A DNA stretch of 63,943 nucleotides, filler included, from Dicyema japonicum (GCA_011109175.1; 7 parts of 7 records of this genome joined end to end with filler, not necessarily neighbours in it), one strand, 5' to 3'; positions 1 to 14,516 are shown, counted from the first letter of the whole stretch. Notes: generated from the letters alone by a model not told the origin. A program made the numbers and translations.

Positions 1-3000
1 GGTTACGCGTTATTGCTCGGAAGGATGAGTTTCATCCAACCGTGAGAATCAGATATTCTTTAAAAAAGTTGGTTTCCCGTGAAAATCGCTCGTTGTCATG
101 TCTTCTCTTGTTCTTCCCCGCTTCCAATTTCTACGTAATATCTTTGAATGATCTAGCGGAAGATCCCAACATGTAAGTTACGTTAATTTAACCACCGGTT
201 TTCTTCGCTTGAAAAGGATGGGAGTTTAATAAATGTGTTTTATTATTTTGATTAACTTTGATAACGAAAAGATCAAAGGAAATATCAATCAGGTAGAAAA
301 CAAACAATTTTAATCAGCCTCCCAATCAGAAATATATCATTCAAAAGTAAATTCCTAAATCTCTCGCGATTTCATGTGCGAAATCAATCGAAACTCATGG
401 ACTTTTCACCAAGAGATCTTCTCAAAGAGGTTTGAATTATTACTCCTTCTCTAAAATTACTCTTTTTTTCATAATTTATTTTTTATTAAATATTAAGATT
501 TGGTGAAATATAGTTGTTTTCAAATCAACCGACCAAGTGACTTGTAGGAATAAGATTTTTAATATATTGATTTAATGATGCAGTCTATTAACTTGCAAAA
601 CTGTTTATACAGCTTTTTATCTGACTATTCAAAAATATTAAGTACTTTGAGGTAAAGTGACTCTAGAACATTAGTTTTGCGCGATTCATGAAGATAACTC
701 ACACCACGTGCTAATGGCTGTATGCCATAATGAGCTTTTGTAATATAGGTTAACTTTATTGCATTTAATTGATTCTCTCGAGGTTTCACTTAGTTTTATT
801 ACCCCAAGAACACCAATAGTTAAAATATTTTATAATAAAAATAAATTAAAAAAAAACATTTTTATTGTTTAGTTTTAAGGTTAATTTTTTTAGGTTAAAA
901 AAATAAATCACCCTAATGATGAAACACAAAACAATACACAATTAGTATTCCCGGATGAGTGCGTTTAAGTTACTAATATTTAGTCGATAATATTGCTGCT
1001 TTATGTGAACGGCAGAAGAATTTAGATAATGAAATGTTTAACATCACTCCTACAACTGAAACTTGAACTTCGATTATCTAAGATTAGCTAGTTTCCTACC
1101 TTTCTCAGTCAGAGTTAAGAAAGATTTCCTGTACCTCCTTTAAAGTTTTTTTATATACAACAAAGCTAAGGGAAGATTATCCCTCATTTATCAGATAGTA
1201 GTGTTAGGCTTGGTTCATGAATATTAGTACATTTACCTAGGTCCTCAACATTAGTGATTTGTAGTCCTTCAAATAGAGTTGACCCACATAACAAGATTCC
1301 ATCGGCTAAATATTCTCGTTAGAAACTTTAGTGCTGACAATATTTTTTTCACATCATTAATGTTTTAAATAAATTTTTATTTTAAAAATCCATAAAAAAA
1401 CATCCTTCGATAATGTAAGAAAAATAATCCTCAAAAACAACGACACTGACTTCATAGTTTATGACAAAGTATACTTTATGATGTGCTATATTTTGTTATA
1501 TTGTGAGTCACGAAGCTAATAAATATAATTCAACTTGTTGACATTTTCGTTCAAAAAATAGACAGTTTTCATAGACGTTTAATTTGGCAGTCCTCAAGAA
1601 TACTACATGAAATTGAGATTCTTCCAAATAAACATAACATAAAAAATGGAAATCGATTCATTCCAAAGCATCGAGAAGCAAAATTGGTATAGAGAGTCAC
1701 GTTTCTGGGTATGCCACACTTCCTGAAATAACATATGTGGATTTAAGTAAGTCAAAAATAAAACTATGTGTGTAGAACATATAGACAAATTGAACTGATA
1801 AGTATAAATTCTACACAAAATTTTCGACTCCGGTTATATCACAATTAAATAATTAATAAATAATCAATACAAATAACAATTAATAATTCTCTGTAGGAAA
1901 AAATAATCAATAATAATATATTCACATAATTTCTTCATAATTAAAGTCAATCAAATGAATTGGTGAAATCAAAATATTCATTCTAATAATGGATTAACCT
2001 TGTACTTTCAATAATGAAGAAATATAATGAAAAAGCATATGAAACTATATTACATATTGGACCCACAAGAGACAAAACCAAAGGCATGTATGTTAAACTT
2101 TATTATAGATGGTTTGACCACATTAAAATATATATTTTTGCCTAATATAAACTTAATAAACTAATAAATTATTTATTTATTTGTTTACAGAAATATAATA
2201 CATTATCATGTGAATAGTTTGTTTGATGTTACCGTGGTCTGTGTTTTTTTTCGTTTCACTTTATTATATAACAGACTTGCTTCACAAGAGATACGAGCCA
2301 CAGGAAAGAATTTGATATTAAATCAAAGGCTGGAAATGGCAGTGATCATAGAAAACGTCTTTCGCAATCTTTGTCTTTTAACTAAAAGACGTAATTGTTC
2401 TTTTTTGCGAAAATAAATATGAAAAGCTTGTGAATCAATCAAACCAATTAGACGGTCAGTCTGAAAATTTGGATCAATTTTAGTATCTTTTTGCATTCGA
2501 TCACCGAGAATAGTTCGTTCCGTCGGGTATTATGTTGGTTTCCTTGAATCTGGGCATCGATGTGGTATATAATCACTTTGTGATCTCGTTTGACGCTTTT
2601 TTGAAGAGCAGATTGGGCTTCATGTGGTATTGATCCCTTATTTACGAGGCCTTAAACTCCTATGTTGAGTTTTTCCGTGATTAAAATTATCTGTTACTAG
2701 TTCCAGGAAATACGTTTGACTTTTATGTAACGAGTGTCTGGTTGAGCCGGATCCTCTATCTCATACGTAACCACGTGGCGGAAGCTTTGTTTTAGTGATT
2801 TTAGGTTTTTTTCTAATTTGCAGTTCTGAGGATCCTCAGTTATTCAGTATTGATTTCACAAATGTGGATATTCGAAGCTATATTTCCTCTTCACGGTGTT
2901 TTTTTTCGATAATTCTTTAGGGATATGGCCTTGACTTTCCTTTTTGGATGCCGTCAGTGCTTCCTGTAACAGCTACGGTCCACCGTGAAGGTTAACTCCA

Positions 3001-6000
3001 CTAACAGAGGATACAAGTCGGTTGTCGCTCTATCTAACATTCTGTGCTTCTGGCAGAGGAAAAGATCGAGCGGATTCATTTGAAGGCATTGAAACAAATT
3101 GATTGTACTGTGTGAAAATATTGTAGCTGAGAATAAGATTGTAGTTGTCAACAGATTCAACGCCAATGTGGCCTACAGGGAATTGGTTCACTAAGTCACA
3201 GCCGATGTCAGCCGTTTTCTGAATATTTAGATTCTTTTTTGACGTTATAAAAGAGAAGCTGATATGCCAGGCTCTAACTTGGGTCACTTCTGTGTCTATT
3301 GCCAAGTTTGACAAAAAAACATGCTCTCCTTCTGTCTGTTTGCCATCAGACAATTATTCGCTTCAAAGGCTGGATTAAATTCCTTCACAAGACTGCCTGC
3401 GTTAATCATTTTAGTGATTTTAAGAATAAAAAAACGATTGGAAGGTTATGATAGTGAAGGCATTAACGTTGAACAATTTGACTTTGACTTCATACTGCTA
3501 TCGAGAACTTATGCCAAGCAATGCACTATGACTTCTCGAATTGTGGACTTCAGATAATGAAAATCACTTTTCACCAGAATCATGGTAATATGTTATTTGG
3601 ATAAAGCCCCATTGACTGTTTCTTTTTCTATACTCCATCAGAGACTGTAGATGTATCTGAGATAGATTTATTGCGTGGTGAGAAATACTGTCGCCATCGC
3701 CCAGGTGGTATTTCGACAAAAAATTTCTGCAGCATTGCCGTTTAAACTTTCGCCACAACAAGCCAGTATTGTGGAAGCTATGATCTCTAACCTTTCAACG
3801 ATGTCATTGTTTTTGAGACGGCCTAGTAGAAAGAGTTATTTTAAATGTTAAACTGGAAGTTGTTTTACTACAAGTTCAATCAAGATTACTCATATGCTGA
3901 ACTTATTTGGAATTTTAAGGTAATCACATAATAACAAGATACAGCATCTCATCCACTTCCGAAGATGCCGAATCGATCTACTGTTTTTTGTAGATGCCGA
4001 ATCTATTTCACCTATGATAATTTTGATAGCAAATTCAAATTCATTTTCAAAATTCACCTATGTTTCTGTGATAACGTTAAATAGGGTAATGTGTGACCGC
4101 CGAAAAGCCTCCTCTGCAGGAATCTCAGTTTTCCTTTGTGCGGTTCCTAAGGAGGCACAAACTCTCATTAATCGGATAATATCTCTCAATTCTGTGAAAA
4201 ATAATTTAGTGGTCCCCTAGCCAATTAATGTATCCGTCGACAAGCAAACTGTGGAATCATCTTCTTATTGCACTAAAAAAGGTTAATTGAATTACTGTTA
4301 TTCTAGAAAAAATCAATCGATGTGGCTTGACATTCCTAAAATTCTCAAGACAAATTAACGGTAACAAAATTACTAGAAGATCATAGACCTTTCGGACAAC
4401 TTCAAGTACTCTAATTCAGTATTTTAATTGGAAATCGCAGTTTTGGAATCTGTTAAATAAAAACATGTGATTGCTTCTACTCTTCTCACAAAAAGTCTTA
4501 TTTATCGTAGTTATTGATGTTCCCGCTGATCTCCCATTGATGTCCCACTGATTTTTTTACTCTCTCAATAATTTTGAAAGGTTTAAAACATCGGGATTCC
4601 AACAACAAGGGAAAAATCCTGGTTGTTGTCGTAAAATTACTCCAGATCCTCGATACAATCTTAAAATCCACATTTGGTCTCCACAGCGATGTTATTGGTC
4701 TCCATGTTATGAAGTCGGAAGGCTTTTATAGTACGATAAAAATCCGAAATTCTTTTTTTTGTCAGATATTGTTCTTGTTAACAAGTTTAAGGTAGGTCCT
4801 TATCACACAGCTTCGACAAACTGCCGAACAACCACCCCTTAGTTGCTCTCTTGACGGAAAAAACCTTCGACTACAAGGTAATCTCAATTCTTCAATTTAG
4901 TTAATTGGATTGGTCAAGTTTACTCTCCACGACATATCACCTTGTTATTAAACACATCTCCGTTATTTAAATGTCAGAAAATTTGTAGATTCAATAGGGC
5001 ACTTTCCTTGTTTTTTTTGCCGTTGGCTCTAGAACCAACGTCGACAAGATCATCAATGCCACATTTCTGCGCAAAATTCAAATTAAAATGTTGATGAAAA
5101 GACTGTTCCTCCACAAAACGAGATCTATATCCAGTTCAGCAGAAAAAATAAGTTGATTTTTATTATATTGCTTTACTAGGTACAAGACAGCTGATAAAAC
5201 ATGTCACGTGTGTGAAGATCACAGTTTTGAAAAAGTTGATCTTCTCTCAGAATACGTAGATATTTTCATTCAATATGATTTCCTACAGAAAATTCATGCA
5301 AATGGGGTTTGCTTTGAATTTTGGTGTCATGGAAACTGATGAATCAGGTTCGTGTGATGACGAAAATTTCGAAAATTTCAGAACGTCTGAAATAGCAAAA
5401 TAAATGAAATCAATCATGGAAAAGGATTTCAGGATCCTCTTGAGGTTTTAAAGATTGTCAAAATATATTATATATCAAGGAAACATCCAACTTTACTCCC
5501 AATGTAAGGGATCAAAAAGATTTTTTTAAATAAAAAAATTTTTATATAAATTAAACAATTATCGAAAATAACTAGACGACAGAATGGCGAAGGCTTTTCC
5601 TCTGATAATCGCTATTTCGAGCCTCTGCCTCGACCTCTCCCGTGGCTCACACCTTTTTGAGGGCTAGTTTGCTCTATTGTTTAAATTAATAATTGATGTT
5701 GAATTTATCATGTTTTAGCGATCATTTGTGACCGTCCTGGGATCATTTTGCGATAGCAATATCTTCCCTTTTGTGTCGAAGGGGTAGCAGCATGTTAGTC
5801 GTGGAGAGTTATTATCGTTAATATTCCATCGGGAGTAACCAAATATCAACCTTAAATAATCCAACAATAACTATCTTGTTAAATTTAAAAAAATGAACAT
5901 AATGTTCACATACCTAATCGCTGATAAAATAATTTCCTGGAAAACGTGGGAATAAGTCAGTGTGTTAACCCACGTTTAGAATGAAGCAAAAAATATCCTC

Positions 6001-6429
6001 AATTGATGTTTCTGTTGTTTTTGATTGATTTCTCCAAAAATATCTACAGTGATCTCAAGAGTCCTTGGTCCGAATGCACTTAAAATTAGATTTCTTTTTA
6101 CTTGCATTGACAGTAGACTCGACGTGGTAAATGAAAATATCTAGGATTGACCTGAATTGAGAATGAAAGAAAAGTTCATATTTTCTTTTAACATCTCAAG
6201 GTTTCATTTGAATACTCTCCGTGAAGATGAGGACATTTAAAGAACCTGGAAACTCCCAAAAGACGCTTGCTTCATTGAAGCCGGTGGTTTGTCAAGACAA
6301 GGATTTTAAAAAAGTTAGCACTTCCGCGTTGCCGTAAACACGTAAAATGCCTAGGGTTTCGCTCATGCAGAACACACACTTTATTTTAAGTAAAGAACAG
6401 TTATTATAACTAATCGTAGAGGGAGAACT

Positions 6430-6640
6430 AAGGATTTCTCTTCACTTTTTGTTTTCTTTTTCTTGTGTTTATGTCCCTTTAGACTATCTAGTTCCGCAGT
6501 GAATCTCCACTGATAACGGCGTCACTCGTCAAGCCCTTTTAGCATCGTAGATGCGTGGAACCTTTCCACCAGGTGAACAGCAGCGAAAATCGAACCTGTG
6601 ACCTAAGCCACTTAGCCCCACACCCTAACCACCCGGCTGT
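6430..6640 (-). mobile_element. Possible tRNA-derived SINE-like element
   Basis: Minus strand reads gccgggtggttagggtg...ggtcacaggttcgatt (A-box-like and B-box-like pol III motifs), then a GC-richer body and an A-rich tail. No second copy seen in the window. Confidence 0.3.
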
Positions 6641-9599
6641 TTGAAAGACGGACACAAGATGTCAAAGGTTCCCAAGAAAAAAAATATCTGCAAAAAATTC
6701 ACACCATGAAAGCAAGAAGAAATCTAAAAGAACCTGGGATGACTTCTGTGAGGACATCACTGACGTTGTATTTGACTCAGCGATAGACAACAGAGATCAA
6801 CAGTGTAAATGATTTCGTCAAGATTGGCGAATGAAAAAAGATCAAGCTACTCAGGAATTTTATTTCTAGAGATAAAGAAATATATCTCTATTTCATGTAA
6901 CAGTGAGGAAGAGAATTCAGTAAAGACGAATTCCATATTTACGAAGATTTACTCGCGTTCAAGGAAATCTCTTGTTCGTGAAGTAAACCAATTCCCTAGA
7001 CGACTCATGAATTCCAGCGTCGCAGGACAAGGGAACCGGACATTTCACCCGCGAGCGGAACAAACAAAACTCCTCGGGTAGAACAGCGTATTTTGCTCGT
7101 TTGACCTCTCAGTCTGCTAAGCGGCAAAATCAAGCTCCAGGGGCACTATGATTTAGGCTGCAATTGTCAATGTGTTTTGCAAATGACGTCCAGAAAAGAG
7201 GTTTTCAGGCTTCAAAAGAGAAAATGATCATTTCAATCGGGTCGTTTCCCGTCACGATTGTAGAGACAGACTGGATAGAGCATAGAAGGTTTCCAACAGC
7301 GTCCAAAGTTCGCCTTTGAAATTTTGTCTTTTGGGACGTCCAAACAAGATGGAAAACCCTTTGCCATTTTTGAAAACCCTTTCCATTGTAGTATGGGATA
7401 GAGGTATTCATTTTTTGGTACCTGCTATACACTGGGCGTTTCCTGAGTCAGAGCCAAAACACCTCTTATAAAATTGAAGATCAAATAACAGATACAAATC
7501 ATTAGGTAACAGTTGGAAATGTCCTCTGTATCACTGTGCTTGGATGAGGTTATTAGGGTCAAGAAATTAGTTAGTTTGGTATTAAAATGATAAATAATAG
7601 TTTGATTTTACCATTGGTCTTTGGAATAATTTAATTAATTTAAATACTATAAATCAATATTAATAGGCGGGTTCAGTTATAGATATTGTGGTGCTATAAT
7701 TATTGTCATCATTAGAAGTATGTACGGTAAGAAAGGAAACAATGAATTCATCAAAATGTTGTAATTCTATTAATTGACAAGTTATATTCCGAATAGAGAT
7801 AATCTGCTTTACAAATGTGAGTCATACTAAATATCCATGTTTCCCCTACGTGGAAGAAAGACCACAGTAATGATGAGAATACATGATTCAGCAGGCACAA
7901 TTTGGTCGCAAATAATTTACCTATTAAACTGCATGAATCCGTGAATATTGCGAATATTTATTAAAATTAAACGAAATAGAAAAATGCTATATTATGAATA
8001 TTGCATTGAACAAGGAGAATATTATGTTGGTTTGCTTCTTATCAAAAGGAAATTATTTTGATTTGTTCAATTATTTGATCCTATTGTTTTATTTTTTGGA
8101 ATAACAACAAGAGTCACAATCGAAGTTTATTAGTGTTTACATTTGTAAAAATCTAATAAAAGATAAAGATTCTATTCTGTTATTTGACATGAAGGATTCA
8201 ATGATGAATGACTATGATGAAATGGTAAAGATTCCGTGGAATAAATGATGTTGTTTGTTATTATATTAGTTATTGTATTATCGGGGAATTCGAGGGAGGA
8301 TAGGCTAACATGTCATATATTTGGTAGTAATACAAGAAAGAGGACCCTATGGGTATAGAAGGTCGACCAGAGTAAGACTTGTAGGATTGGATGGACTAAT
8401 GGTAGAAAGATAGAGTATATGGATAGAGGAAGTTTGTCATTAATTAATATATAGATGGATAGGAGATTGTGGAGGAACATCGAGTTAATCCACTTATAGT
8501 CACAGATGTAAATCATAGAATTCCAGCTAAGAAAATTGCTTCAAAAGTACTGTCTATCCCCCAATTTAATGATGATTTATAAGATTAAATGATAGCAGGT
8601 TATCTATTATTTGATTAAAGTATGTGTTCGGTCAAAGGCTAAAGTTGTGCGCGAGCTTGATTTACCTTATAAAATGATCTAACAACATTTTTAAGTGAAG
8701 TTTCCTACTTTATTCATGATGGTTATTAATAGAGCAACCAGAAAATTGAAATTTTATAAAAAGTAAAAAAAATTTCACCTTCTTTTAACCTTTGAGACCA
8801 TTCCATTGAATATGTATAAAAATGATATTTTATCTCAATTTATGAAAATGATTGAAAGATGGAAATTGGGATATACACAATTTCAGTATTTATACAAATT
8901 AAACAAAAACTTCATATAGAGACCAGACTACGTTGTTATTCCCTCTCATGATGGATAGTGAGATTCGCTTAAATAACCAGCAACATTAATGGGATCTCTC
9001 TTTCATGTAGAAATCCAGTACTTTATTACAGTCGACACGAAATGGGGCAAAAATTCCCCAATTTTGAGGTTTTCCCTAAAAATGTTGGTCTTCTTAAAAA
9101 GCTTAATATAAAATGTGGAAAAATTATTTTTATAAAAAATAATTAATATTTTATGCATTATAAACGAAATAAATTATTAGTTTTTATTATTGATATAGAA
9201 ATTTGTCATTTCATGTTATTTTTTCGTTTTTTTGTAGAGAATACACAGTATCTACTTTAAATCTTTAAGAACATTAACATGAGTTTATTGTTTGATTATA
9301 TATAGAAGCACTGTGAAAGCACGATTCTTATCTTTCATTTTTCTACCCAGATCACAAGTAGACGAGTTGCATTATGTTAAATGGGTGGCTTGATGCCTAC
9401 GGGCAACCTTTTTTTTTACGTGTTTTCATGGTACAAGATATCAATTGCTAGATTTAATAAAAAGTATATTTAAAATAACAAAAAACAATTATTTTTAGGT
9501 CTTCACATTAAGACCGATCTCTTCCATCAGAAAATTCAACCTACACATAATTTTGAAAAATATCTAAGGCCCATTTTCCTTTATGTATCATAACGTAAT

Positions 9600-10135
9600 T
9601 TCTCCAAGCGAGTTTGGATATCCTATTATCACACGATGGATAGCGCTTACATCAATAGCCATTCCAGAGGAGGGCACCTGTCCTCTTCCATGTAGTACCT
9701 TCTCCGTAGCCTTTTGATACAGGGGGCATTTTGAATGGCTCGCCCTGTGTTCCTCCTCGCTACAGTTAACGCACTTGAGAGACCTGACTTTTGATTGGCA
9801 AGCTTTCCGCGAATTTGGACCCCCAATTCAGATCCTCTATGCCTCTGCTCCAGAGGCAGAAGCCAGACTTCATGGTGCGGAGTCTCCTTCCCCGCTAATG
9901 AAATCCTTCTTGATGTGTTTGACTACGTTATCATCTAAGAAGTCTAAGTGGACTCCGAAGACTAGCACTATTGAATACGAAGCCTTAGAAATGACCCGTG
10001 ACATGTTATGTGCCTTAGTGTTGACCTCAGCTTCGAAAGCTGCAGCGTCGTCATCATTCCTGAATCTTAGCAACAAGAGGGATTCTACGCGTATGATTAT
10101 TCTTCTTTTGGCATAGGTAGCCAAAGTACCTAGTC
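9600..10135 (-). mobile_element. Non-LTR retrotransposon ORF1 (gag-like) fragment with zinc knuckles, decayed
   Basis: Minus-strand translation gives ...GGPNSRKACQSKVRSLKCVNCSEEEHRASHSKCPLYQK, a CCHC-type knuckle typical of I/Jockey-group ORF1. Frameshifted. Confidence 0.6.
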
Positions 10136-10824
10136 CATTCCAACAGTTTTTTATTAATTTTTTATTTAGAATTAATGAATTAGTTAGATGTTGTTCTTAT
10201 AATAGATATAAAAAATCATATTATGTAGTATATCTCTGGTTACCATGGAAACACGTAAAATAGGTTGCCCATAAGCTTCAGGTTCCATTTGACACACTAT
10301 CTACCAATAAGTCTATTTTAGAATGCCTATTTGCAATTTTGCAAACAATCAGTTTTCACTCCAGATAACGAAAAACATCATAAACTTCCGTATTTAGTTG
10401 GTACCCATTTACCATGGTACCATAGTAGTCTTCACATAAAATTTCTTAATCTGACTTCTTAAATATTTCAAATAATTGAAAATTTATACAGATCTGACTA
10501 TATTTCTTACATATTCCATTTTTTGATTTTTGTTTAACTACTTGTCATACCCCTTCTAAATTTTTTAGGAAAAAATTTAGAATTGTCACACTAATTTTCC
10601 CCATTTTTGGGTTTATTACAAACTAAATTTTATTATTACTTTTAAAATGATAAATCTTCAAAAATTGAAATATTCCCCAAAAAAGGGCATTGACACTAAA
10701 TTGAAGATAACTGTTATCCTCCCATTATGTAATCCTAAGGGTGGTCAAAGTATAACTCTCATAATTGATTGTTTTTTAAACTAAATTGTAGTCATTAAAT
10801 TAAATTGTATTTTAATACTCACAA

Positions 10825-11345
10825 ATGCCGGTGTGGCGCCGCCGTCGATTGTTATTGCACCATGCCCTCCGGTGTTATAGAAGTGCACGATTCCATGACA
10901 CAAGGCGATCAACGGAATTGTCAAGCGAGCACTGGAGTCTACGGGGTACCCTGCCATACTTGAACCTGTTGGCATGGACAGAGGAGACGGAAAACGTCCC
11001 GACGGGATCACAATTTTCCCATTTGATAGAGGGAAACCTTTGGTCTGGAACGCTACTTGTGTCGACCCACTTTGCCCTTCCAATATTGTCAGGAGCGTGG
11101 TAGACACACTGTATGCCGCGGAAAAAACGATGAGTGCGAAGGAGAAGAAATACGAAGTGCTACGCAACAGATTTGCGTTCTATTGTGGTCGAGACAACTG
11201 GAGGAATAAGTGGAAAATCGCTTCGCTTCTTAAAGAAACTTGGACGCCTAGCTACACTAAAAAGCCACGACGAACGTGAGATCCGGTGGCTTCTCCAGTA
11301 GATCTCTGTTGCAAACGTGAGAGACATGTCGGCGGGGTCCACTTT
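10825..11345 (+). mobile_element. CRE-clade retrotransposon 3' fragment (CCHC plus restriction-like endonuclease)
   Basis: Translates to CRCG..VD...H..C...RH..INGIVKRALESTGYPAILEPVGMDRGDGKRPDGITIFPFDRGKPLVWNATCVD, the same motifs as 28680-28893. Confidence 0.85.
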
Positions 11346-11454
11346 GGATGGAGGGCTATGTTAATTAATTATTTCGTTATTTTGAAAATTATAAAATTTT
11401 TATAATAATAATAAATTATTCCAAAACCAAGGGTAAAATTAATATAACTAATTC

Positions 11455-11763
11455 TTGATCCTGATGCGTTCCCGAAAAACATTCCCCAAAAACAATGTTT
11501 CAGAAGACTTAACGGGAGAGCTTTTTCCATTCAGAATACCAGAAATGAATATCAGTGATGACGACTCGCAATCCTTATACGCCTTGATAAAGTCGATGAA
11601 ACAAAACAACTCCCTAATGGGTCCTACAAGGCTCCCTCTATCTCCTTTCCTATTTAGCTTATTTCTACACGATTTACTTACTACCAAAGATCAGGACATA
11701 ATGTTTTTATCTGATTATCGCTGCAAGAGATTAATCTTCTTCCAGAGCTGTGGAGGTTCATAA
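11455..11763 (+). mobile_element. Non-LTR reverse transcriptase relic
   Basis: Degraded (AF)DKVD and ..PLSPFLFSLFLHDLL RT motifs. Confidence 0.6.
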
Positions 11764-12224
11764 GATTGTTTGGAAGTTTCCATGCAGGTTCCGAAGCAAT
11801 AGGGCTAACGGCTATCACTCCTCTGCTATCTTCTTTTTAAGACTGTTGATACCTATCAGTGTCTTCCAGAAGGTCCCACTGGAGTTTTTGTAGCATAGTC
11901 GACCAACGAGTCACTTATGTCTGTGGTTTACTCGGATTAGTTGGGAAATTCTGTAATTTAGAGTACATATGGACGAGACATAGTTATTTGTTTTCAATCC
12001 GGTTTTCTTCAAAAAACCCGTTTCTCGAAGATTAAAAAAATAAAGTAATTCCGAATTATAAATAAATTAACTTTAATTAAATAACTATTTTCAAAATGTA
12101 TTGAAAATCTAACAAAAAATTTAAAATTTAATTTTCTGATGTGGCTATGAAGTCGGTAGGAATACGAACAAGACATTGTGCAATAGAGGAACACCAACTC
12201 ACCACCTCAACCAAAAACCTTACG

Positions 12225-12550
12225 AGAAACACCAACTGACATGTTATCTAACAAAATATGACATCGCTGTCTGCTGTCTACAAAAGACAAAATCGACCGT
12301 ACAATGAACAGAACTGGTTGGCAGATTCCACTTTTTTACCCTCCCACCGGTCTGCCGACATTATGGTCTCGGATTCTCAGTCCATCAGGATCTGATTCGT
12401 TGTGCTACAATAGTGTGGACAGCATCTGACATTATAATGGAAATGGCGGACACCTGGACTACCTAGAGAACTAGCGCGCAACGGAAGATCATGGTCGAAG
12501 CTGACGGAGAGACTGATTTGGAATACGGCACAAGGGAAACTTAACTAATT
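12225..12550 (+). mobile_element. Internally deleted RTE-like LINE (endonuclease piece joined to 3' terminus)
   Basis: YDIAVCCLQ.TK...HYGLGFSVHQDL (APE domain, homologous to 54280-54430) is fused to a C-terminal piece (LDYLENLARNRRSWSKLTER-like after frame correction) and a taactaa tail. Confidence 0.6.
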
Positions 12551-12899
12551 TTATGTTTTCTTGGGAGTGCTTTTTAATATAATAATAATGTGACTATTCG
12601 CACATTGGAAGTAGCTCCAAATGAACGTAAAATTCCTAATGTCGCAGTGTGGTGCTATGCGGCTACTTGAATTGAAGATTTTTGTTTGTAATCTTGCCTG
12701 TTGGCTAAAGGAAGTTTAAATTGTTAGCGTGCGTTATGTAATTAACCATTTCTTGTGGCGCAAGATATAATCCTAAATCCCAAATTATATATAGAAGATT
12801 CCTTGACCACTTTAGACGATCGGTTATCATAACTGTTGCAACATATACCTGAATTCAGTCATTCATAACAGAATTCGATGAGGATATAACTAACAATGT

Positions 12900-13250
12900 C
12901 TAAAGTATGCTCCACGACTATGAAATTTCGAACTTGTCCCTACCAAAGTCCGATTTCCCTGACTTTCAATACATTGGTAAACGCAAATCTTCCGCTTTTT
13001 TGTTTCTGCTCTTCTTTTGGTCCTACTTTACTAAAGGATGTGATTATTTGTGGATGACTTGAATGCGAAACTTCTATTATGGTTAACAGGACAAGCCCAT
13101 GCTAAAAGAAAAAAGGTTCTAATTAAGGAACTTCACAGTCTCGTCATAATCAACAATTCCGGCTCTCTATACAAGATCACCTACTTGACTTAACGATGAA
13201 CCTTCATTCTTAACATTCACTGTAGTCTCCATCCCTGGCGCCTCTTATTG
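12900..13250 (+). mobile_element. LINE apurinic-endonuclease relic
   Basis: IICGDLNAKLLLW recovered with a one-base correction; LVIINNSG follows. Confidence 0.5.
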
Positions 13251-13928
13251 ACTGGTCCGTAAAAATGACAAGAAGAGTGATCTCAATCCAATATTTGTGG
13301 TGCTCAAAACGAGATAACGAATGATAGCAGTGTCGGACGATGATTAATTACAGGAGAAGATTCACGATTATGTCTATAATTACATTGGGCTTGTAAATTT
13401 TCCCATTCCCTCCGAATCCAACAATTAGTGGAATAGTTCAACTCCAACATAAACGCAGCGAGAAGGAAGTAAATTCCAATTGGCTGGCAACCTACGTCAT
13501 CAAAACGTTTCGACACAACCACGAAGCTTTAATTAGAAAGAAATAATTAAAAGAGGGTGAAATCGCCAATAGAAGAGAACATCAGAAAAATACGCGAATT
13601 GTAAAGAGAGATCAACTAGAATATAGGCAGAAAGTGTAAATAGAGACGAGAATATCGAAGGTTATCCGCAAGAACCCCTTAATACAGAGAGTCTGGAAGT
13701 TGATCTCAGAAGATCCTCCCAGAGGCAAAAGGCAAAGTCTTCATCCATCCCGACAGTCTGATAAATATGATACGTCTATTATCTATGGGGAGTTTTTGAT
13801 AGGAACACCAAGTATTCCTGAAAAAAATTGACCGAAAATTCCGATGACTGAATCTCCTTCACTATACAAGATGCCAACAACTCTGAGGACAGAGACCAGA
13901 TAACAGTACCAAATGTGAACTGAGGCAC

Positions 13929-14270
13929 ATGTGCCATCAATGCCTGGAACTTTTATTAGCCTATATCTCAACCCAATTGACCACAACACACCTCACAACC
14001 CTACACAAAGGATTTAACTCTTCCAAATCCCATCAAAGGACAGTACTCATATTCGTGGACATCACAAATGCGTTTGACTTGGTCTCCCGGAAACTCCTTA
14101 CAAAGAAAATATTTTAAACGAACATACACAAAAACTTGAAACTTGATTGGAAAATTCCTAAATAGAAAACAAACACAAGTACTCTGCAACAACATCAAAT
14201 CAAGATCTCGCTACCTTTCAAATGAAGTCTCTCAAGGCTTTCCACTCTCACTTCTTAGTGGGAAATTTAG
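13929..14270 (+). mobile_element. I/Jockey-like reverse transcriptase relic
   Basis: GFNSSKSHQRTVLIFVDITNAFDLVSRKLL...FLNRKQTQVLCNNIKSRSRYLSNEVSQGFPLS; frameshifted. Confidence 0.7.
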
Positions 14271-14441
14271 ATTTCACGCTCCTCGTCCTTGAAGCTATCC
14301 GAAATCCAGGAGGCTACTATAAAGTTAATTGTACCAAAACACCAAATCCAGCCCATTGAAATTTCTTAATTGATTTACAACAAAAACTCTTAAAGGCAGT
14401 TAGTCTGCAGATTATTACATTAATAAACATTCTGAGGGTAA

Positions 14442-14516
14442 TATGTCGCGAGCGCGAAGCGCACATATCGTATTTTTTTTAATTTATATATATTTCTGCT
14501 CCGCGCTCGCGACATA
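14442..14516. repeat. GC-rich 15-bp perfect inverted repeat with 45-bp AT-rich loop
   Basis: tatgtcgcgagcgcg (14442-14456) and cgcgctcgcgacata (14502-14516). Confidence 0.8.

Noticed and set aside
7205-7432. IPYYNGKGFQKW as a gag N-terminus of an LTR retrotransposon
   Set aside because: Only a short resemblance; no linked protease, RT or LTR could be supported.
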